Assembly: GCF_006345805.1 (NCBI RefSeq)
Contig: NW_021825067.1
Location: 1 to 16,600, forward strand
Origin: Octopus sinensis
Taxonomy: Eukaryota
Length of the DNA stretch: 16,600 nt
Direction of reading: 5' to 3'
The translations under genes were made by a program, and so were the position numbers. The notes under the pieces were generated by a model. The model searched no databases. It was not told where the DNA came from and saw only the letters and a list, made by a program, of their open reading frames with translations. Positions 8,576 through 16,600 of this stretch are shown one piece after another. The stretch's first letter is position 1. Each line of letters begins with the position of its first letter.

Positions 8576-9844
8576 TCAGGGTGAGTAAAAAGTAAGCAAC
8601 GTTTTGAAACATGAAATTCATCGCAATATGTTTGATCAATGCGGAAATTTTATTCATCAAAGTATCATTACAATCATTACATTTTTCTCAACGAGTTACG
8701 AGTTTGTTTATTCCGGTAACATAAAAATCTGGAGTTCTGGAGCTGATAGAGTCTTTGAATGCACTTTCAGCATCGGTTTCATTTTTTTAACTCGTTCTCC
8801 CACAGGAAACCATCTAGGCGCTTGTAAAGGTGGCAGTCGGTAGCAGAAAGATCTGGGGAATAAGCTGGGTGGAGAAAAACTTTGTAGCCAAGTCCCCTCA
8901 ACTTCACTAGAGAAACGTGTGGTCGAGCATTGTCATGAAGAATGATTGGCCGTCTTCTGTTGACCAGTCTGGGACGGAGGAGTAGCAGTTTTTCGTTAAT
9001 GTTGGCAATTTCATGGCAATATATTTCTGCAGTAATGGTTTTCAGGCAGGTTTTAAGAAGTTTTAGTAGATGAGTCCAGCAGTACACCACCAAAGAGTCA
9101 CCATAACTTTCTTTTTGAAGAGCTCGGGTTTAGGGAAGGTTTTCAGTGCTTCATTTTGATCCAACCACTGCGAAGAACGCTTTTTTATTATTGTACAAAA
9201 TCCACTTTTCATCGAAAGTCATAATACGGTCGAGAAATGGATCGGTCCGGTTACGGAGAAGGGACGAGCAAATTTATTATATCTGCGCATTTTCTGATTT
9301 TCATTCAAATCACGTTGTACCCATTTGTCGAGCTCATTTTATTTTCCGATCGCATGCAAATGGTCACAGGCATTTTTCTGACTAAGTTGAAGTTATTTTG
9401 CCAGTTCTCGAGTGGCTTTATGTGGATCTTTCTCAATGACGGTCTATAATTGACCGTCATCGATGACAGATGTGCGTCCACTCGCTCACGATCTTCAAGG
9501 CTCAGGTCTCCACTGCGAAATCTTTTAAACCACTTTCGAGCCCACCACTCACTGGACATTTCCTCACCAATCGTTTCATGGATATCGCAAGCAGTTTCAG
9601 CTGCTTTATGTTCTTTTTTAAAGTTGAATAGCAAAATTACTCGAATATTGCGCTTTGACAGTTCTATTTCAGATGTTTGTAACAATGAGGAAAAAATATC
9701 CATGTTAATTTAATGATGCATTTGGGCAAGTCTATGTCTGTATTATCAGACAATTGCAAAAAATGTTTTTAAAAATTCAAAACTCAGCAAAAATCCGGTA
9801 AAAATTCTTGGTTCAAAACGTTGCCTACTTTTTATTCATCCTGA
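8576..9844 (-). mobile_element. Full-length mariner DNA transposon (Hsmar1/cecropia-like), 1269 bp
   Basis: 33-bp TIRs at 8576-8608 and 9812-9844 (30/33 identical); TA at 8574-8575 and 9845-9846; transposase remnant inside. Confidence 0.96.
8650..9703 (-). pseudogene. Mariner transposase pseudogene with frameshifts and stops
   Basis: Motifs across frames: KAAETA, FRSGDLSLED, DPFLDRIMTFDEKWILYNN, KKVMVTLWW, IILHDNARPHV, HPAYSPDLSATD, and the C-terminal YFDE*. Confidence 0.95.
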
Positions 9845-9984
9845 TACACATTATCAGTGCTCACATTATATCATATGTTATTTGACAGTAATTTATTAAT
9901 CAGATGTTATATTACACAAACTGGTCCATTAGATTTTCAAAAACCCTTTGAAATAATGGGTTAAAATGTAGTCGTTTGGGCAGC

Positions 9985-10084
9985 ACACACACGCACACAC
10001 ACACAGTTATACACACAGACACACTTATACACATACATACAAGCAAGCTCTAATACACACACACAATTATACATATATGTATGT

Positions 10085-10133
<49 letters not shown>

Positions 10134-10152
10134 CGTGTGTGTGTGTGTGTAT
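9985..10152. repeat. (CA)n then (GT)n microsatellites
   Basis: Directly visible. Confidence 0.93.
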
Positions 10153-10394
10153 TCTTGCGTTGAGGCTGTATTGAGATTTTAATGTTTTACCAGAGAAAAA
10201 AAAAAGAAGACAGATAAGCATTTTCTGATCTGTTCATACAAATTGTTGCAGTAGTGAGACTGCATGTGGGTTATGTGAAGATTAGTGTTATAAAGTTGAA
10301 AAAATATATGATATTATCTACTTGGAGCAATAAAGTTTTACTTAATTGAAATCAATATTGCATTTATGTATTGCGTTTCTCATTCTTCATCTAG

Positions 10395-10421
10395 AACCCA
10401 AAGTAGACCGCATTGAAGTAT
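10395..10421 (+). CDS. Candidate 27-nt microexon (phase 1-1), xPKVDRIEV
   Basis: Pyrimidine tract tttctcattcttcatctag, donor gtgagt; only the phase-1 frame is open. Confidence 0.4.
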
Positions 10422-11046
10422 GTGAGTAAAGTTCTTCTCTGTTAACGAGTTAAAACCATTATTTGTTGTTGAATTGTAAAGAATTTTATTGTAGACATTC
10501 TTTTGAGTTGTACTTTATTCTGTAATTCTGAAATAGTTATTGAAGCAACTCGAATATAAATTTTCTTGAAGTCAAGAATAAGAATATATTTCACGAAGAC
10601 AAACTGAATTATTATCCGACTATTTTAGAAGCTATTCATTTTATTCACCCAATCTTAATGAAATCACTTATTGAATCAGTTAAGTACAACTTGGGAATTT
10701 ATTTTGTGCTTGTATGGAATTCTGTGCGTATTACATTATTCTCGTTGCACGTCTCAATATTGTGTTGTGTATGGATGTATTTATTGTTCACATAACTGAC
10801 AACCAAAAGTTAAGATCCGAATATAGTATAAAAACATATAAAGTAATACATCGCAGTTTTTGGATGACTCAGAACCGTGTCTTTCAGAATTTTCTATGAA
10901 ATGGTCAGTGTGACAATTACTATATAATGTGATTTTAAATTATTCACTGGGATGTCTAAACATATCAGATTTAATAAACTTATGATAATTTATTGTAATT
11001 ATAAAATTTTCTGTTCATTTTCCTGTTTCAGTAAAAATGTTGTTAA

Positions 11047-11222
11047 CCCCTTGCCCAACAATTATTTTGAAAATAAATGTATTTTTTCAGACATATTTTT
11101 TAATTGTTTTATTTTTTAATTGTCGATTTTGGCGAGTCTATCTTTTGACGAGTTAACTCGCCAGAGATAGAAAAACATGATTTAGGTCAAAACGCATATA
11201 TTCGTTTCTGCCGGGTAAGGGG
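11047..11222. mobile_element. piggyBac-like non-autonomous element (MITE), 176 bp
   Basis: TTAA at 11043-11046 and 11223-11226; termini CCCCTTGCCC and GGGTAAGGGG (9/10 inverted identity). Confidence 0.8.
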
Positions 11223-11339
11223 TTAAGAGAGATTCCATTTTCCAACAGTCATTGCAGTTTAGGAAGACTATATCCATCAACAGAGGTTAAAGTTGAGGGA
11301 GACTTAACTGACCAACTGCGGTTGCAGTTGAACCAGTTT

Positions 11340-11460
11340 TCATTTTTCAATTTTAGCTGACATGACTTTAGTCAGTCTGAAGCTATCGTAGAAAACACTT
11401 GCGTAAGATATAGTGACATGGGTTGCAACTCATGATCATATAGCTACGAAGTGAACCTTG
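11340..11460 (-). mobile_element. Highly degraded SINE family 1 head
   Basis: ttagtcagtctgaagctatcgtagaaaacacttgc resembles ttggtcggcccgagactatagtagaagacacttg at ~6002-6035. Confidence 0.6.
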
Positions 11461-11932
11461 CGCGAAGTTCCTGTCCATGAAAACATATTAGCGATGTTAA
11501 GATATGAACCCTCACGCCTTATGTGCACAGGAAAGTGGGATTCCGGAGTTTCATTATACGTTTGTTTATGCTTTGGGGTTATTCTAGGTCTTTTAGCAAA
11601 TCACTGTATATGTATGCTTCCAACTGGTCAAGTCTGCATACGTCGCCACCATAGGACTTTTGAAAAGTGAGGATTTACGATGACAGTGTTTAGTTGGGGA
11701 CATTTGTACTTCATTGGATTTCAATGGAAAAACGTTTGTACAATACTTTTGCCACTCTCTGGGCCAAAATAATAGATTCCAGTGAGAAGAAAAGCAGGAT
11801 GACTGGTACTAAGTTGGCTGCAGGTTTTATATCAGAGTACCTTCTCCTAGGCTTGTTTTATTGTCCTATATTGGTTGTCCTAATCGCGGCTTCGTTTCAA
11901 AACAGGAGCCTAATCTAGTAGATTGTTAGTAC

Positions 11933-11952
11933 ATTCATACATACATACATAC

Positions 11953-11983
<31 letters not shown>

Positions 11984-12020
11984 CATACATACATACATAC
12001 ATACCATACATACATACATA
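11933..12020. repeat. (ACAT)n microsatellite
   Basis: Directly visible. Confidence 0.95.
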
Positions 12021-12995
12021 CAGTTAAAAATGTACGATCGAACTATTGTTGAGTTCTTGAGTTACAAGATTCCGTTCGATTTGAGCTATCAGGTTCTCTG
12101 GTGCACTGTGTCACAAACATAAGGGAAAAATACAGTCCTATTGAAACTCATACCTCTTGTAGGCCACTGGAATAATTTAAATAGTACATAGCGGCTAATA
12201 TAAAATGAGAAATATGAAAGCCCATAAATCTTAATAAACTTATTTATTGATATAATTATGCAATAAGGTAATGTAGAATAAATATAAATCTGCTTATAAA
12301 ATTTATCAGGTTTCTTAAACACCTCATTATTTATATTGATAAAATAATGTTGGAGGCTGTATCTTTATTTCTATTGGTAAAAACTTGCGAACTTATTTTT
12401 GCGTTTGGCTTTTATTCTTTTATGATGTTCAACAATTGTTTATCGTTTGTAAACAATTCATTCCTTTCCTTAACAGTTAAACTTTAATGGAAATGACGTC
12501 CTCTTGATCATCATCTTTATTTTCTTCTAGTATCACAAAGCTACTTTGATCGTAGGCTGTTAAAGGGGTGCACTTAGCTCATTTTCGTCTTGTTAATGAT
12601 TTGCAAGTCAAGTTGATTCATAAGCAGAAGAATGCTTTCCTTAGAAACGTTAGGGGTATCATAAAAATCTTTAAAATTTGCTTAAATACGGGAATAATGG
12701 CTCCAGCTATCTTGTAATAATTGTTCCTGCATCGCATTGTAAGCGTCTTTAGTATTAGTAATAGCATTGCAGATATTTTATGTTTTCCAGAACTCATTTA
12801 CGTTCGCTTTGTCCTTATTATTCGTTATTTTCAAAACCCATCTAACAGCTTCCTTCACATAATGTCTCTTGAAAGTTGGTATTACAGTTTGATCTATTGG
12901 CTCAATTCCACTTCCGTTACTCGGAGGAAAAAATATCACGTTAGTTTCAGGATAAAGATTTTGTAGCCCTTTAGGTCTAGAAGAATTAACTAAAA

Positions 12996-13250
12996 CAGTG
13001 GTTCTTAGCCATGTTTTGCCTGTGGACCCCTTTCATTCCAATTTTACTCTACTGAATCCTTATTAACATTCGATGTATATGAAAAAAATCCTACTGTCTT
13101 TTTACAATCAAATATTAATAAGAATTGTATAAAAAAATCTAAATATTTTGTATTTTGTAGAAGTATAAGGAATTTATTGCACATAAATTTTAACGACAAA
13201 AGCTTATATGGACCCTCAAGGGCCATATGGGCCCCAGTTGAGAACTGTTT
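12996..13250. mobile_element. hAT/Charlie-like MITE, 255 bp
   Basis: Left end CAGTGGTTCTTA, degenerate right end GTTGAGAACTGTTT; 8-bp TSD aactaaaa (12988-12995)/atctaaaa (13251-13258). Removing it restores the pogo reading frame. Confidence 0.85.
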
Positions 13251-13880
13251 ATCTAAAAGTAACAATGCCCTCCTTAACAACAATGCCTTCCTATTTTTCA
13301 CTAGGAACAAAATATAGACTAAACATATCTGCAGAAACCCAAACAATGCTTTTGGTTTGCAAATGATCGGTTGCATTCCTTTAAACTTCACAGCTACATT
13401 ACCACCACCAAGTACTGTTAATATGTCCTTCGTTGATTTATGCCCAACATATATGTTTTTCATTAGTATGTTCTTTCAGACAACATCTTTCAAAATGTTG
13501 CAGTCTCAACTACATAAAATAAACATTTTAGTAGTATAACCCTCTATTTCAACAATCTCAGCCGAATTCTCTATAAATTTTATTGCCGTTTCGTTATTCA
13601 CACAAGTTATTCCTCCGGTTAATTTAAAGTAATGTTATGCAAAGATGCTCTTTTCTTGAACATTCCAAACCCTTGTTCAATTGTCTGAAATTCTGAAGAA
13701 TCTGTTCCAAAGGTCAACTTTCATTACAGAACTTCTTTCGTGTTGGCCATTAACCCATACTTTTAATTAACTTTCAATTTTGTCATTATGCTTAATTTCT
13801 GGACATTGTTGTTAACATAAACAGTATTATGAGCTTGTTCTGTACTTTTGTAATTGATATCTAGCTTTAATTCTATCATA

Positions 13881-14095
13881 TCGGTTTCAAATTTTGGTAC
13901 AAAGCCAGCGATTTCGGGAAAGCGGCTAAGGCGATTATATCAACCCCATTGCTCAACTGGTACTTATTTTATCGATCCTGAAAGGATGACTGGCAAGGTC
14001 AACCGCGGTGGCATTTGAACACAGAACGTAACGACAAACGAAATACGCTAAGCATTTTGTCCGGCGTGCTAACGACCCTATCAGCTCGCTGCCTT
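13881..14095 (-). mobile_element. SINE family 2, full length, with 15-bp TSD
   Basis: Homologous to 1452-1683; TSD tttaattctatcata (13866-13880)/tttaattctattata (14099-14113). Confidence 0.93.
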
Positions 14096-14190
14096 ATATT
14101 TAATTCTATTATATAAATTTAATGGAATCTGGACCTTTTTACATGCAAAGCATCATCATCGGTTTCGCATTTTGTGATTATTTTTCTCAG

Positions 14191-14353
14191 AGGCGTAGGA
14201 GTGGCTGTATGGTAAGAAGCTTGCTTGCCAACCACATGGTTCCGGGTTCAGCCCCATTGTGTGGCACCTTGGGCAAGTGTTTCTAATATAGCCTCGGGCC
14301 GACCAAAGCCTTGTGAGTGGATTTGGTAGACGGAAACTAAAAGAAGCCCGTCG
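14191..14353 (+). mobile_element. SINE family 1, 5' half
   Basis: aggcgtaggagtggctgtatggtaagaagc...ggttcagccc...accttgggcaagt...gagtggatttggtagacggaaac. Confidence 0.93.
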
Positions 14354-14454
14354 TTTATATATATACTTAATCATATCAAAGGGAAATGGAAATTAATAGA
14401 AATTTTCATTTCCAGTGGCCTAACGTGTAAACATTTAGTCCAAAGACTATGTAT

Positions 14455-14689
14455 TAGTCATAAAATACAGTGTACATTTAAACACATAAGGAATCTACTC
14501 GTGGGATTCAACACACTAGAAAGAACAGCTAGTTTCTATAACCAGAAAACTAGATGGTAAAATGTCTTCATTTTTTCATTTCATTTATCCCTAATTTTGT
14601 GGTTATAGAACCTAGCTGTTCTTTCTAGCATGTTGAATTCCATGAGTGGATTCCTTATGTGTTTAAATGTACACTGTATTTTATGACTA
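14455..14689. repeat. Long inverted repeat (99-bp arms, 37-bp spacer), foldback/MITE-like
   Basis: 14455-14553 versus the reverse complement of 14591-14689 is 91/99 identical; the outer 41 bp are perfect and both ends carry TA. Confidence 0.95.
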
Positions 14690-14725
<36 letters not shown>

Positions 14726-14830
14726 TGTATGTATGTATGTATGTGTGTGTGTATGTATGTATGTATGTATGTTGTATGTATGTATGTATGTATGCATGTA
14801 TGCATGTTATGTATGTATGTATGTATGTTT
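14690..14830. repeat. (ATGT)n microsatellite
   Basis: Directly visible. Confidence 0.95.
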
Positions 14831-14834
14831 GTGT

Positions 14835-15039
14835 ATATGTTTCCGTGTCTGTGTTTGTCCCCGCCACATCGTTTGACAACTGATGCTGATGGGTTTACCT
14901 CCCCGTAACTTAGCGGTTCGGCAAAAGACCGATAGAGTAAGTACTAGGTTTACAAACAATAAATCTTGGGGTCGATTTACTCGACTAAAGACGGTGCTCC
15001 AGTAAATGAAACAAGTAAATGAGTAAATGAGTAAAAGGG

Positions 15040-15040
<1 letters not shown>
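14835..15040 (+). mobile_element. SINE family 1, 3' half with (gagtaaat)n tail
   Basis: Matches the reverse complement of 5683-5890, with a small internal deletion before the tail. Confidence 0.9.
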
Positions 15041-15071
<31 letters not shown>

Positions 15072-15091
15072 AACACATGCACATACTCTCA

Positions 15092-15548
15092 AACGCGTGG
15101 TGTGGTTCCCAAACACACGGTTCCAGTTTCAGTCTCACTGTATTGCACTTAGGGCAGATGTCTTCTCCTATAGCCACCGGCACAGCAAAGCTTTGTGAGT
15201 GGATTTGGCAGACAGAAACTGAAGACTCCCGTTGTGTATGTGTGTGTGTATGTGTGTGTGTTGTGTGCGTGTGTGTGTGTGCGCGCGTGTGTTTGTGTGT
15301 GTAAATGTGTTTCTGTTTGTGTGCGTGTACGTGTGTTTGTTAGTCTTCGTACCCCACCACCACTTGACAACCGGACTTGGTGTGTTTACGTCCCCAGAAC
15401 TTAACGGTACTTAGAATAAGTATCAGGTTTAATGAAATAGAAAATTTTCAAGTGTCGATTCTTTCGACTAAATATTCTTCAAGGTAGCGCCCCAGAATGG
15501 TTGCAGTCTAACGACTGGAACGTCGTTAGTAAAGGATAAAAGAAAAGA
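15092..15548 (+). mobile_element. Older diverged full-length SINE family 1 copy with internal (GT)n
   Basis: Head, gtgagtggatttggcagacagaaactgaa, internal microsatellite at 15232-15335, 3' module and A-rich tail, in colinear order. Confidence 0.85.
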
Positions 15549-15574
15549 CATATATATATATATATACAGACATA

Positions 15575-15855
15575 TGTGTTAGTGAGTTTGAGATCGTAGT
15601 TTCGATACCCAGACCAGGTGGTGCGTTGTTTTTTTTTTTTTTTAGCAAAATGCTTAATTTCACGTTGCTTTGCCAACTTTTCGCTGTCTGACGTGTGGTA
15701 CACTGAGCACCTATACAAGCAATGCCGATTTGATGCAGGGAGTGAGGTGATGTACAGCACACAAACATTTGCATGCTACAAACAGATCATATGTGCAGAT
15801 TGTTCAGCAGGAAATTGCGTGACCCTCATCTGTCATCTACCACAGGAGACTTCAC
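15575..15855 (+). mobile_element. Probable third SINE family (tRNA-like head remnant)
   Basis: B-box-like gtttcgataccc followed by gcgttg...agcaaaatgcttaatttcacgttgct. Recalled as a common octopus repeat; there is no second copy in this window. Confidence 0.55.
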
Positions 15856-15881
15856 TACACATACACACACACACATACATA

Positions 15882-15911
15882 CTGGGGTGAGTCAGAAAGT
15901 GATGCAATTTT
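15882..15911 (+). mobile_element. Solo mariner-like TIR relic
   Basis: TA-ctggggtgagtcagaaagtgatgcaatttt resembles the TIR at 8576 (gggtgagt...aaagt...gcaa...tttt); no partner was found. Confidence 0.4.
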
Positions 15912-16003
15912 TCCTCTTGTGTGTGAGGAAAAACATTTTTACTTTCATGGGGTAGAAGGCTGAGAGTATTTCTGCTTTTGTTACTTTTCATTGATTTTAT
16001 TTA

Positions 16004-16089
16004 TTTCATCTTGCTCGCCTTCATCAGACGTGCTATGAAGATTTGTTTACCTTCGCGAAACAGTTTGATGAAGGCAAGAACACTGAAAC
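16004..16089. repeat. Degenerate inverted repeat made of two opposed hammerhead-core-like words
   Basis: 16004-16027 versus the reverse complement of 16065-16088 is 18/24 identical; CTGATGAAGGC on the minus strand and TTGATGAAGGC on the plus strand. Confidence 0.5.
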
Positions 16090-16224
16090 TTCGAAATTCT
16101 TGTCAATATTTTCCTTGTAAAAGTCAATAAATAGGTACTCCTGTGTAATCCTTCCATGTAATGCTAAATTGTTTTACATATTAGTTGACTTAAAAACAAT
16201 CATTAATATGTAATATTTATCTCT

Positions 16225-16360
16225 AATTTCGCCGAGTTCGACTTTGCTGTCATCCTTTCAGAGCCGATAAAATAAGTACCAGTTGATCACTGGGGTCCAT
16301 GTAATCAACTTATTCCCACTCCAGAAATGCTGTCTGCGTGCCAAAGTTTGAAACCAATAT
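16225..16360 (+). mobile_element. SINE family 2, 5'-truncated
   Basis: gccgagttcgactttgctgtcatcctttcagagccgataaaataagtaccagttgatcactggggtc; the tail matches 13881-13920. Confidence 0.9.
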
Positions 16361-16363
16361 GTA

Positions 16364-16415
<52 letters not shown>

Positions 16416-16530
16416 CAATTAACTACCTCACCCTATGTATGTATGTATGTATGTATGTATGTATGTATGTATATATATATATATATATATGTGTATGTAT
16501 GTATATACATATTATATATGTATATACATA

Positions 16531-16600
<70 letters not shown>
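16361..16600. repeat. (TATC)n, (TATG)n and (TA)n microsatellites running to the window end
   Basis: Directly visible. Confidence 0.95.

Larger units (their letters stand above)
12330..14170 (-). pseudogene. Fossil pogo/Tigger-family (CENP-B-like DDD) transposase, interrupted by two insertions
   Basis: Motifs read across frames: IELKLDI, LKVWVNGQ, FKKRASLHNI, FYVVETATF*KM, GHKSTKDILTVLGGGN, ALLLLD/NSS, IFFPPSN, EPIDQTVIPTFKRHY, EFWK, LTVKE. Boundaries are approximate. Confidence 0.85.

Noticed and set aside
8604-9713. Plus-strand ORFs of 70-87 aa over the mariner
   Set aside because: They are antisense shadows of the transposase.
11458-11918. Two ~70-aa ORFs in higher-complexity sequence
   Set aside because: Translation on both strands gave no recognisable motif, and stops interrupt the frames. 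The region remains unexplained and could be an old TE fragment; a BLASTx would decide.
12018-12075. TA-CAGTTAAAAATGTACGATCGAAC as a pogo TIR
   Set aside because: The resemblance is weak and no inverted partner was found on the other side of the transposase.
12721-13539. Plus-strand ORFs of 81 and 60 aa
   Set aside because: They are antisense to the pogo remnant.
14581-15414. Many YVCM/HTYI ORFs
   Set aside because: They are translations of (ATGT)n and (GT)n microsatellites.
1-16600. CRISPR arrays, rRNA, genuine tRNA genes, prokaryotic operons
   Set aside because: There is no repeat-spacer periodicity or rRNA-like sequence; the tRNA-like A/B boxes all belong to SINE heads.

Overview
This is eukaryotic, repeat-dominated DNA that is most likely intronic or intergenic. 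The SINE families and the very high microsatellite load resemble an Octopus (cephalopod) genome; that assignment is from recall, not a search. No intact protein-coding gene is recognisable, and most of the ORF track is microsatellite or antisense noise. Supported content is as follows. (1) A full-length but dead Hsmar1-like mariner at 8576-9844, with 33-bp TIRs and a TA duplication. (2) A fossil pogo/Tigger transposase on the minus strand (~12330-14170), interrupted by a hAT/Charlie MITE at the second catalytic Asp codon and by a SINE with a 15-bp TSD. (3) A TTAA-flanked piggyBac-like MITE. (4) About 12 whole or partial copies of three tRNA-derived SINE families. (5) Two long foldback hairpins. 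(6) Many simple repeats. (7) Candidate + strand host exons (108 nt and a 27-nt microexon) and a CCAAT/TTTGAA-rich promoter-like island. The most interesting signal is a set of hammerhead-ribozyme-like motifs in at least three unrelated short repeat families, one of them a ~352-bp tandem dimer with a covarying stem II. This points to Penelope-type or retrozyme-like elements. All alignments and folds were done by eye, and most hammerhead cores carry mutations.
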